From Neoconidiobolus thromboides FSU 785 (Eukaryota; Fungi; Entomophthoromycota), in assembly GCA_025603075.1 (NCBI GenBank), contig MU626347.1:1-64000 (forward strand): DNA of 64,000 nucleotides, given 5' to 3'. This document shows positions 24,533 through 35,479 of the stretch, one piece after another (the first letter of the stretch is position 1; each line of letters begins with the position of its first letter). The notes below the pieces were generated by a model, which was given only the letters and a program-made list of their open reading frames with translations, had not been told where the DNA came from and made no database searches. The position numbers and the translations under genes were made by a program.

Positions 24533-24993
24533 AACGATAATAGTTCAAAACCTTTTGTTATATCTAATCAGTAAAGTTTTAATTAGAAATATTATGCCTT
24601 TACAAAAACTAACCTTGTGTCAAATAACTATTAACTTATACTTGTTAATCAAGACTTGGGTTTAAACCTTTATTAAAAATTAAATATAGCTGTAAATTTA
24701 AAATGTTATATATTAAGCTTGTAACAATGGATTATACAATAAGAGTTTTTCCACACGGGGTATTAAAAATAACATAGTTTTAACTAAATATCGTTTATTA
24801 AGTACAGAAAGTTAAATGAACGATTGTTTTGCTTAGGTATTTTGTCATTTTTAAATTTGCAATTAGTTCAACTTATAAGCACATTATCAAACTAAAAAAT
24901 TAAAACAAAGAAAAATAAAATGAATCTTTGTGTTTTAATAAAAAAATAGTTTTTAAGAGTTGGAGTAGATAGTATTATACGGCATAAAACAAG

Positions 24994-25333
24994 ATGAAAA
25001 AAGAGATCGCACAACCACAAAGAAATAGGATTAGAAAAATCATTAAGGCTCATCAGCCTGATTTTAAACTAGGAAAGAATACTGACATTTTAGTAAGATT
25101 TAATGCTAGGATGGATTTAAATAAATAGCTAACGTCTATTTAGGTTTATCATAACTATCTACTTTTTATGAAGCGCTTATTGACAGAAGCCAAGCAAGCG
25201 GCTATAAGTCAAAAGGAAACTACCATACATTCAAATCATATCAACTCAGTCACTGATGTAAGGATGGCTAATGATTAATTTAGTTAGTACTAATATTACT
25301 TAATAGAAAGTTCTACAAGAGTTCAGAGGGTAA
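24994..25333 (+). CDS. CENPW: CENP-W (Wip1) histone-fold kinetochore protein, 79 aa, 3 exons; not in the ORF track
   Basis: Exons 24994-25092, 25144-25257, 25307-25333 (introns of 51 and 49 nt, both GTAAG..TAG) give MKKEIAQPQRNRIRKIIKAHQPDFKLGKNTDILVYHNYLLFMKRLLTEAKQAAISQKETTIHSNHINSVTDKVLQEFRG*. This matches the CENP-W pattern (D-L-V--N-LLF--RL--E, terminal xRG). Confidence 0.85.
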
Positions 25334-25995
25334 AGAGTAAAGAGTCCTAATATGCTTTATACTGCTTAAATTTATTAAATTTTTGTTTACTGTTTATTTA
25401 TTTTTATTAGTTTGTAGTTAGGGATTTTAATTGACCGACATATTGTTCTACATATATTTTCAACTTGCTGTTTTGCTTGAAATATTTACTGATAACGAGA
25501 AACAAGAACAATTTGAAGTTTTTTTTTCAAAGATTATATAAATTTAAAGTCCATTTGACATTTTCTAAAATTTTAAAGTTGGAGTAATCCTTTAATTCTT
25601 TTATTTTTAATCTCAATATATTTAAGTTGGAAGAGTTAAATGAATATACTGAATAGAAGTGAAACCATGTAAAATTCCATTCCTTTTTGAAAAAGTTATT
25701 TTAACTATATCATATCTATTTGCCTTTTCAACCTCTATTTTATGTATGCTAATCTCATAAATTCTCTAATGCCTTTGACCAAACATAAAATAGAATAAAC
25801 TCACATTGGCGCTTAGCTAAAAGGATTGAAAGACACTTTAGAACCTTAATAAGTTAGACTTAATACCACTTAATTCGTGTTATGATGTTCAATTCACCAA
25901 AGTTTATTTAAACAACTTAAACACTAAAAAGGTAAAATATAATTTATGATTAAAAGGATTGTAAAACAATAATTTAACGATTCATCGCTCTATGA

Positions 25996-26613
<618 letters not shown>

Positions 26614-26710
26614 TATTCATAAAAGATTCCTTTTTTTTCTTCTGAATGTATTTATCTTACGTACAACCAATTAAAGTTAGCTTAGAAGGCCTTTATTTTA
26701 TTTGCTAGAA

Positions 26711-26716
26711 ACGCGT
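26711..26716. promoter_or_regulatory. MCB-like element ACGCGT upstream of CenH3
   Basis: Perfect ACGCGT 98 bp upstream of the CenH3 ATG; several ATTGG (CCAAT) boxes lie just beyond it. Confidence 0.5.
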
Positions 26717-27549
26717 TGAAGGATAGTTATTCGTGTTTATGGTATGAAATTTGATCATTTTATTGGTTATTTAGGTCGCACTTTGATTGGATTAAAGTGG
26801 TTATTTAAACATAATTGGTAAATTCCATTCAATCGTTTAATTGGACATTAGTTATTATAACTACTTTAGATATCTGCTACTTTATTTTTGAAAACAAAAT
26901 TAATAGGATGGCAAAAAAAGAAATATGATCAGAACAAATGATTAGAGAGTAAAAATCATAACAGCCTTAAAAAATAATTAAAATAGCATAATTAACTAGA
27001 GTGTAAAGGATCGAACATGTAAACAGAGCTTCTATAGCTATGTCATATGCTTCTGTCGGATACATAAGAATACTTAAAGGTCTAATTTAGCCCAGGTTTA
27101 ATAAAGACATCAATTTCTCTGAATAGTCTTTTTAATTTATAAGATATACTTTTATGATACTGAATTAGTAATTAATATAAAAATAGTGTCACAATGTTTA
27201 AATTTCTTACAGAGTATAAAGATCTATATTGTTTATGGCTCAAGACTAGTAATTGGTAGTGTGTTTTTGCTATTTTCTATATTTTTCAAAGGTAGCTTAT
27301 TGAGCTATAATATTTACTTCTAAAACTTTCTAGCTCTAAAGTAAAATTAAAACATTTTAATGAAAAGCGTTACTTTGGTATGTAGTAATACACAAGCTTT
27401 ATTATATTAAGTTTCTATCAATTCTTTTAAGCCATACCTCTAATGATAATTTTTGTTAAAAGTTTAATACAGGTGTGTAAACTAAAATAAAACTACAAAA
27501 ACAAATTCAAAAATTATTAAGTTTATTAAATGGAATGCAGCAATTAAAA

Positions 27550-27963
27550 TCAAGAATCGTAGTCATTATAATCATCATAGTCGTTGTAGTTATCATAGTC
27601 ATCGTGATCTTTGTAGTCGTTATCATAATCATTATCACTATAGTCATCATAGTCTTTGTATTTATGCTTGCGCTTCTTATTACATTTCCCTCCTCTACGA
27701 CTACATCCGTCAACAATGACCGTATTTACAATATCAATATTAGTGCCGCCAGAAGATGGTGGAGGTGGCGGTGGTGGCGGGAAAAAGCTAAGGGCTCTAG
27801 TGTCGACTGGATTTTGAGCTACTGGCTGGGTAGCTTCTTTAGGCTGATCTAGACTCAAATCACCAACCAAGGGTTTGGTTAGTTCAGTTAATGGGCTAGT
27901 TTCGCCAGCAGGGAAAGCGGTTATTAGGTTTACAGTAATTGCTAACAAAAAGAATTTGTTCAT
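27550..27963 (-). CDS. Small secreted Pro-rich, Asp/Tyr-repeat protein (137 aa)
   Basis: Signal-like N-terminus, P8 run, TNIDIVNTVIVDG, then DYD/DNDY repeats. Confidence 0.8.
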   Translation of the reverse strand: MNKFFLLAITVNLITAFPAGETSPLTELTKPLVGDLSLDQPKEATQPVAQNPVDTRALSFFPPPPPPPPSSGGTNIDIVNTVIVDGCSRRGGKCNKKRKHKYKDYDDYSDNDYDNDYKDHDDYDNYNDYDDYNDYDS

Positions 27964-28237
27964 TTTAATTATTAATTATGGAAATTATATTAATTCTCTA
28001 TGTAGTTTATATACTTTACTAATTTAGTGTCTATTTTTTAGTTGATATTAAATTATGCCGTTGTGAAAATCTTAAACTTTGAATTTAATATTTATCAACG
28101 CTAATTTAACTTTTAGTCCAAATAAAAATGATCAAATTTTAAAAATAAACTAACGTATAAATAAATAATTCAATTAATCAACATATATAAATATAAACCT
28201 AAAATATAGTTGCATCAAAAATTAATATTACATCAAA

Positions 28238-28651
28238 ATGATTATTCCTAAACTATTAATTAATTTAATCTATCTAATTTTAATAAGTAATACATCGAGT
28301 TCCTTAATACCACTCATTAAAACCACCAATCTAATAACACAAGTATTAACTAACAACAAGCCTCTTTCTTCTATACCTAATGACTTAAATAATAACAAAG
28401 AGCTCTTAATTCCGTTAAAAAAGTTTACAAAATTGAACAAAAATGAACCAATAATACCTTTAAGTAAAATATTAAAATTAAATAATAACAATAACTATTA
28501 TCGAGATTATTATAGTAATCAAAACCAAAATATTCGTATCAATAATTATATTTATGTCCAACATTACTGCCAACGCTATGATTGTTACGAAGATAATGAA
28601 TATTATTATGTTCCAGAGTATGATAGTGAGTATTATGATTATAATAAATAA
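28238..28651 (+). CDS. Small secreted Asn/Tyr-rich protein (137 aa)
   Basis: Signal-like N-terminus, QNIRINNYIYVQH, Tyr/acidic C-terminus. Confidence 0.65.
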   Translation: MIIPKLLINLIYLILISNTSSSLIPLIKTTNLITQVLTNNKPLSSIPNDLNNNKELLIPLKKFTKLNKNEPIIPLSKILKLNNNNNYYRDYYSNQNQNIRINNYIYVQHYCQRYDCYEDNEYYYVPEYDSEYYDYNK

Positions 28652-28860
28652 ATAAATAAATAAATTTCCTAATTAATGTGACTTATAATTATTTGCTTTT
28701 TCACTTCAAATTACTGATTGTAATTTATATCAATACTATATTAACGATTATTAAAATGTATTATCGTTTTTAAAAAATTAGACCTTTTCAAAAATAAACA
28801 ACCTTAAATCATTATGTCTTCATTTATTAAAAAGTTATATTAAATAATTAAATGTTAGTC

Positions 28861-29322
28861 CTATTCCTCAATCTCTGCAATCTCCATATCCTGCTGTGCA
28901 TTCAGCCCTGGATTACCCTGCTGCATTGAAATGGGATTAGGGTTCATTGTTTGAGTAGGTTGTGGTTGTTGGTTATCATTTAGTACAATGGGTGGAAAAA
29001 CAGGTGGAGGAGGTTGAGGATCACTAGGATCATAAGGGTAAGTATGAGAGTTATATGGATCAAAAGGGTTATATGGGTTATATGGGTTATAAGGGTGTTT
29101 ATCATCGTCATCGTTACCATAACCACTCACCCTTACATCATTTCTTATACGTATATTATTGGGTTGTGGTCTTGGTGGTGGTGGTGGTGGTGGTCTTATA
29201 AAAGCATTACTACCAACTGCATTATTATCAGCTATTAACTGAGCTACCAGTTTTCCAGGTTTGGAGGCATCCAAAGGGATACTGGAAACTAGTGGTAATA
29301 ATAGAAGGGAATATAATTTCAT
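28861..29322 (-). CDS. Small secreted Pro-rich protein with PYN repeats (153 aa)
   Basis: MKLYSLLLLPLVSS signal, P7 run, NNIRIRNDVRVSG, (PYN)n repeats. Confidence 0.8.
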   Translation of the reverse strand: MKLYSLLLLPLVSSIPLDASKPGKLVAQLIADNNAVGSNAFIRPPPPPPPRPQPNNIRIRNDVRVSGYGNDDDDKHPYNPYNPYNPFDPYNSHTYPYDPSDPQPPPPVFPPIVLNDNQQPQPTQTMNPNPISMQQGNPGLNAQQDMEIAEIEE

Positions 29323-29982
29323 GGTTTATGGTCAGTAACTAAAAATGAATATTATTTTATTTATATGATTTTTTTATAATAGAATTTTTGTTGTTTTCAG
29401 TTGCTTTGGTTATTAAATTTAGTTGATCATTTTTTAGCTTAACTGTACAGTTTAATATTTTCCATTTTTACGTTGTTGACTAGGTATTTTAGTGATTTAA
29501 GTAATTATCTAATTGAGTATAGTTATTTATTAGGATATTTGTTTAATTTACTGTTTATTATCATTATTTAAAAATTTCTAAAACAAATATATAATTTAAG
29601 CTTTTTTTTTAAAAGTCTATTAAGCTCATTTCATTACTGTTGGCAAAAAAAAATACAAACTGTTTATTTATAAGTCATTATTTTTTAATAGAATTTTAGC
29701 AAACCATGTTATAATTTGAATAACCTAAAGGCGATTTGTATAGGAAAATCAAAAGCCCTTGGGTTGTTAGTTTTAAAAATGCCTTTTACAGTAAGTCAAA
29801 TAGGAGTCTTTCAAATAAAAAATCAAGATTTTGTAAGGAATGAAAGAATTTGATTAAGAAATGCCTAAATATAGCAGGATTTTTGTCAAAGATGCTGCTC
29901 ATGTCCTCAAACAGTGATATAAATGAGAGGGCAGTTTAAATAGGTGGCTATATGATTAAATAATAACAACTGAAAAATGGTA

Positions 29983-30083
29983 TGGGGGTGTCTTTTTTGG
30001 CTTCATTATTTTTTCCATCTTTTAAGCACTATTTGAGCGAAAAAATCGTTAATAAAATTCTTAAACACAAAAAAACATCGCCA
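29983..30083 (-). mobile_element. ~100-bp MITE-like element, copy 11 (reverse)
   Basis: TA-TGGGGGTGTC...AAAACATCGCCA-TA. Confidence 0.88.
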
Positions 30084-30369
30084 TATAAAGTATAGTCAAA
30101 GGTCAGAAAAAGTAAAGAGGTTAGATAAGACGGCTGACATCAAGCAGACTAAAATAACCACATTCTCAAGGAAAGAATATTGGATTGAAAATCCTACAAG
30201 GGGGATTGTTTTATTATCGAAGCTAGTAATTAATTTGATTTTATATACATACAGGGATACAAAATCTTTGGAGTGAATGACAATGTATAAAAAACAAAAC
30301 AAAATGTTTGATGGATATTAAAGAGTTATTTATTTCTATTAGATTAATAATACATGAATTTTGAGAGAA

Positions 30370-31126
30370 CTAAATAGCAGTAGAATATCTTCTGGTAAGT
30401 ACTTCTGCATCTTTTTTAGAGTGAACTAGATGCTTTTCAACTTTACAAAGTTTTAACACTGCCAATCGAAGCTGTTCCTTTAAGCTCGAGTTCCTTATAT
30501 CCTCATTGATGGTATCCATTCTTATCTCATTGATTTTTCCTTCAAGTGCCTCTCTCTTGTCTTTTTTCTATAAATTTATTAATTTTTGATTTTTTTAGTT
30601 AATAGCCTTTACTTCAATTAATAACTGGGAAGTGTATTCAGCCATTAAAGCTAAAACACGTAGAAGTCTTAATACAACTAAAAATCTCCAAGCTCCATAA
30701 GTGATGTCTTTCCAACCTAGTTTTAGTAAAACTTCCATCACAATAAGGAAGATGATCAGTAATAAATCAAACACGCACCATATATTTTTTAAATATGTAA
30801 TCCCAAAGCCTAAGAATAGTTGTAATATAACTTCAACTAAGTAAAAGGTATTAAATATTAATAATACAACTGAAAGAATTAAGTTTGTTATTGTTTCTTT
30901 TTCGGCTGCTTCTTTAAATGTTTCTCTATCTTTTTAATAACGTTAAGTTTGCTAACTAAATAAATAAAAATCTACCTATGATCCTAATAACTGTTATTAA
31001 AACAAATTGGACAACAACCACAGTTGAAGAAAAGAACAAGAGCTGAAAGGAAGTCAATATAATATTGAATTTGACTTTTAGACTACTATCTTTCAATGAT
31101 TCCTTTCTTAAATCTTTTAACACCAT
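30370..31126 (-). CDS. Voltage-sensor-domain-only membrane protein (Hv1/HVCN1-like), 221 aa, 3 exons; not in the ORF track
   Basis: Exons 31126-30976, 30929-30613, 30567-30370 form an open frame. Four TM segments: S2 TFYLVEVILQ, S3 IWCVFDLLLIIFLIVME, S4 FLVVLRLLRVL, then a coiled-coil-like tail. Confidence 0.82.
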
Positions 31127-32161
31127 AATTAATTAGGAAAATAAATAAAAAAATTAGATCTAATTTATTAATTGCTTTTGTTTTATATGTTGATTAATCA
31201 TCCGTTTCTTGTATTATTTGTTCCGATTTTTTTGAATCTTTAATATACTCTTAGATAGCACTATTCTATCATACTACCAATAAGCTACAACTAGAAGTAA
31301 AAATGTGACTAAAAATTGTAAACTAAATTTTAATGTTGATCATAACTATCATAGGGATGATCTATTGAATTAGTTTATACTCTTTTAATCATAAATTTTA
31401 TGAGCCATTTTTGGTCGTTACGTTAATTTCTTAAATCTTTATTTTTTTATTTAATCTTACATATTTTATAAGTGCACATCTATTAAATAACTAGCTAGAA
31501 AATGACTTATACAATAGATATATCAAAACTTTCGATTTGTAGATGGTTGTTTATTTGTGTTGACTTATCTTCAAAAAACTGCTCCATTTCCAAACTATCC
31601 TTACCTTACCTTCCACACCTAACTAAAATAGAAGCTTCATTACAGCATATAGTAGATTTAGGAGCTCGAATTCGAAGCTAAGGGATTTTCAAAACTATAG
31701 GAGAATTATAAATCATAAGGATAGATATAAAATAATAAGTTTAGATAAAATTAACAAATAGTAGATAACTTTAATTATCAATTTGTAAAAATCAAAGACT
31801 TTACTGCCTTTTTTTTTTTTGCCTTGTTTGGATTAATTTATACAATACAAATGAACGCCACCTAGTATTATGGAGCAGTTAAAACAAAACTATTAAAACA
31901 CTTTACTCTAATCTTTCTTAAATTGATTCATTTATTGCCTTTTTTTGAATTTTAAAGCCAAAACCTCCCAGTATGTTAAAATACTAAAAGGCTCTGTGAG
32001 TTTAAAATTTAAAAAAACCCAAAAATATTCTTTTATGAAAAGAGTTTTAAAATTTCGGCTTAAAATAGTATTCTATTATTATGCTTTTTGGCACTTAAAG
32101 TATATATATAAAGAAAGTGACAACTATTTTAAAAATTTCATTTATTGACATATAAAATAAA

Positions 32162-35137
32162 TTAATTATCTTCATTAAAAAGTAAATTCGATTTTAAAAA
32201 TTTACGCTTTAACCATTTGTATGATTCAGATAAAATTAAATAAATGAGACATGAGATAAAGATCATTATCCATTCCCAATCAATAGGAGCATGTCGAAAC
32301 ACTTCATGATTAACACCTGGAATATAAATAGTTGGTATTAACACTATAGCACCGATAATAGCAGACAAAGTCAAAAACTTATTATTTTTAAGAGATTTTA
32401 CTGATTTTAGTGACCATGTGGATTGGCGTAAAGAGCGACAATTAAATCCATGCAATAAAATTAATAGAGCAAGGCAAGCATAACAAGCTGCACGTGCACG
32501 AAAAACTAACTCACATTGTTCACTATAAGTATCATTGCAACTTTCCCCAAGATCACCATTCCCATAAACAAAAATAACACAGATAAAGTTTACTAAAGAT
32601 AAAGTTCCCATAATGATACCATAATATAAAATGTCAGAAATGACTTCCCAAGTAAATAAGCCACCTTTAACTGGACGTGGATGCTGTTGCATGATCCTTG
32701 GATTAGCAGGTTCCAATCCTAATCCCATAGCAGGTGGTGAAGAGGTAATCATATTTAAGAAAAGAATTTGAATTGGAGACATAGGAAACACAGAATTTCC
32801 GCCTTTATCAATAAAGCATAAACCAATTATTAATACAACAATCTCAGAAGCATTAGTTGACATTAAATGTAACACGAATTTCCCAATATTCTCAAAAATT
32901 CTTCTACCCTCTCCAACGGCTTTGACAATAGTAGCGAAATTATCATCGGTAAGTACAATATCTGAAGCTTGCTTAGCAACATCGGATCCAGAAAGTCCCA
33001 TACCAATTCCTACATTAGCAATTTTAAGGGAAGGGGAATCATTAACACCATCACCTGTCATAGCAGCTACTCTATTACGTCTATGTAGTGCTCTAATCAT
33101 CTTAACTTTGGTATCAGGGCTACATCTAGCAATAACATTTGGTAATTCAAGCATGCTATCAATTTCATCTTCACTTAGAGCATCAAATTGTTGAGCAGTC
33201 ATCACTAAATTACTACTAACATTAAGCGACATATGCCCTGGAGCTTGTGTATCAGAAGGGATAATACCAACATCCCTAGCAATCGCAGTAGCAGTAGCTG
33301 GATGATCACCGGTAAGCATATGAACATTGATACCAGCTTTATGGCATTCTAATACTGAAGCACGCGATTCTGGACGAGGAGGATCATAGATACCTACTAA
33401 GCCAATAGCAGTAAGGTTGGATTCAATTTGATCCCGAGTGTAATCCCTAGCTTTTGTTTTATCGAATTGATCAGTAATATCACGGTAGGCAGTACATAAG
33501 GTTCTTAAACCTTGACTAGCTAAATGTTCCATATGTGGGGTATAAAGGTTCTTTAAATGATCAAAGGAGTCGATAGGTAAAGAATTGCTTTGATTCATAT
33601 AGGTAGTACATTTTTCAAGTACACGTTCCATGGCACCTTTGGTAAAAACGTATTTTTTTTGAGTTGGATAATGCAAGTAGACGACAGTCATTAATTTTAG
33701 ACTTGAATCAAAAGGAAATTCAGCTAATAACTCAAACTGATGATTACCATCAGTTTTAGTAAGTTTAGATTGTCCCATTTCAAGTTTATGAGCAAAAGCT
33801 TGAAGAGCATTTTCAGTTGGATCACCTAAACCAACCCATTCTCCGCTAGCTTTATCTTTTTTTAATTTAGCCATATTACATAAAGAGGCAACTTGAATCA
33901 ATCTTAAGGCTTGATCAGTTAATCCATCGGAATGAATTTTAGTTACATTATCACTTCCTTCATTATGATTTCTAATTAATGAATCATCTGGAGTTTCACC
34001 TTCATGTAAAACTTCGCCAATTGGAGTATACCCAGTGCCAGTTACAGAGAAATAGCCATAACCTGGTAACCAAAAACGAGTGAGTACCATTTTAGCTTGA
34101 GTCAAGGTACCAGTTTTATCAGAGCAAATATTGGTAACTGAGCCCAAAGTTTCTAAAGCAGTTAATTGACGAATAATAGCACGATTTTTTGCCATATTAC
34201 GTACACCAGCAGCCATAGTTAATGTAATAACAGCAATTAAACCCTCGGGTATCATAGCAATAGAAACAGCAATAGCATAAATAACGACATTTTTTTCAAT
34301 TACCCAACTATTGACAGAGAATACAATAATAGCTAGTAAGATGGCTAAACCAAATACGATTAAAGCCATGTTGTCCATTGTTTTTTGTAAAGAGGTTTTT
34401 TTACTTCCTTCAGAATCATTCAAAGTCTTTGCAATTTTACCAATTTCGGTATCCATACCAGTTGCAACTACAATAGCGATACCACGCCCTTTAGTTACTG
34501 TTGTACTGGAAAAGATTAAGTTTGTACGATCACCTACTGGTACATCTTTTTCATTAATTGTATCAGTGGTTTTTTCAACAGGAATAGATTCACCGGTAAG
34601 TAAAGCTTCATCAATTGAGAGATTAAATTGTTCAACAATGCGGGCATCAGCACCAACCACATCCCCATTTTCAAGGATGATAATGTCACCAGGTACCAAT
34701 TGATTGGTAGATACTTTACAACGATGCCCATTACGTATAGTGTTAGTAGTAGGTGAAGCCAGCCTCCTTAGAGATTCCATTGTTTTTTCAGCACGATATT
34801 CTTGGAAAAATCCAATAGCAGCATTAGTAAGGATGATAACACCAATAATAGTACCTTCTACCCAATCTTGAGATACAAAAGCAAGGGTCATTGCAATAAT
34901 TAAAATAGCAGTTAACATGTTTGCTACCTGCCTTAATAATATTTTCCAAGGAGATACACCGGAGTCACCAGATAGTTCATTTAAACCATATTTTTGAGAT
35001 AATTCTTTAAGTTGATTGTCATTAAGGCCTTCTTCTAGATCGGTAGAGTATAGAGTCACTACTTCATCAATACCCATGGTATGATAATAAGTAATAGAAT
35101 TTTGAGTCACTCTTTTTTCTTTCTTTTTATGATGCAT
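32162..35137 (-). CDS. ENA1: ENA-type (P2D) Na+/K+ exporting P-type ATPase, intronless
   Basis: TGES, IPEGL, CSDKTGTLT, MLTGDH, MTGDGVNDSPSLK; LTQAKMV and ILFLNMITSSPPAMGLG fit ENA/P2D; start may instead be the ATG at 35077. Confidence 0.88.
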   Translation of the reverse strand: MHHKKKEKRVTQNSITYYHTMGIDEVVTLYSTDLEEGLNDNQLKELSQKYGLNELSGDSGVSPWKILLRQVANMLTAILIIAMTLAFVSQDWVEGTIIGVIILTNAAIGFFQEYRAEKTMESLRRLASPTTNTIRNGHRCKVSTNQLVPGDIIILENGDVVGADARIVEQFNLSIDEALLTGESIPVEKTTDTINEKDVPVGDRTNLIFSSTTVTKGRGIAIVVATGMDTEIGKIAKTLNDSEGSKKTSLQKTMDNMALIVFGLAILLAIIVFSVNSWVIEKNVVIYAIAVSIAMIPEGLIAVITLTMAAGVRNMAKNRAIIRQLTALETLGSVTNICSDKTGTLTQAKMVLTRFWLPGYGYFSVTGTGYTPIGEVLHEGETPDDSLIRNHNEGSDNVTKIHSDGLTDQALRLIQVASLCNMAKLKKDKASGEWVGLGDPTENALQAFAHKLEMGQSKLTKTDGNHQFELLAEFPFDSSLKLMTVVYLHYPTQKKYVFTKGAMERVLEKCTTYMNQSNSLPIDSFDHLKNLYTPHMEHLASQGLRTLCTAYRDITDQFDKTKARDYTRDQIESNLTAIGLVGIYDPPRPESRASVLECHKAGINVHMLTGDHPATATAIARDVGIIPSDTQAPGHMSLNVSSNLVMTAQQFDALSEDEIDSMLELPNVIARCSPDTKVKMIRALHRRNRVAAMTGDGVNDSPSLKIANVGIGMGLSGSDVAKQASDIVLTDDNFATIVKAVGEGRRIFENIGKFVLHLMSTNASEIVVLIIGLCFIDKGGNSVFPMSPIQILFLNMITSSPPAMGLGLEPANPRIMQQHPRPVKGGLFTWEVISDILYYGIIMGTLSLVNFICVIFVYGNGDLGESCNDTYSEQCELVFRARAACYACLALLILLHGFNCRSLRQSTWSLKSVKSLKNNKFLTLSAIIGAIVLIPTIYIPGVNHEVFRHAPIDWEWIMIFISCLIYLILSESYKWLKRKFLKSNLLFNEDN

Positions 35138-35471
35138 GTTTATAATGATCTAGGTAGTGTTTTTCGGCCATATTTATAGTTGCTTTTAACGAAACTACGC
35201 AATTTTTACTAATAATGTGCATATCATAATATTGTATATCGTTGTATATATTCTTTTCTATTTAGAAACGGATACATCATGGTTTCAGTTATTCTTTATA
35301 AAATAAATTAACTAGTTTTACATAAAACTTAGTATCTTTGAATACTTCTTTATTAATAGATGATAAATATCAATGCAACCACTTTTTTTAGCTTATATTA
35401 TCATTCTTATTGTAAATTGATTTTTGGAATTTTCTTTTATTCTTGGATTTTAAAGCGCTTAGTTTCTGTAA

Positions 35472-35479
35472 TGACGTCA
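35472..35479. promoter_or_regulatory. CRE palindrome TGACGTCA upstream of the ENA ATPase
   Basis: ATGACGTCAT about 335-395 bp upstream of the candidate ENA start codons. Confidence 0.45.

Noticed and set aside
27000-27062. GTTCGATCC on the minus strand, resembling a tRNA T-loop
   Set aside because: Flanking bases do not form a T stem, and no acceptor stem or D arm can be built.
27507-29238. Antisense and alternative-frame ORFs over the secreted genes (27507-27716, 27535-27852, 28270-28491, 29014-29238)
   Set aside because: Shadows of repetitive codons on the other strand or frame. The same applies to antisense ORFs over TSC2, ENA, RPS9, the amidases and the poly-Tyr ORF opposite the ValRS poly-Asn.
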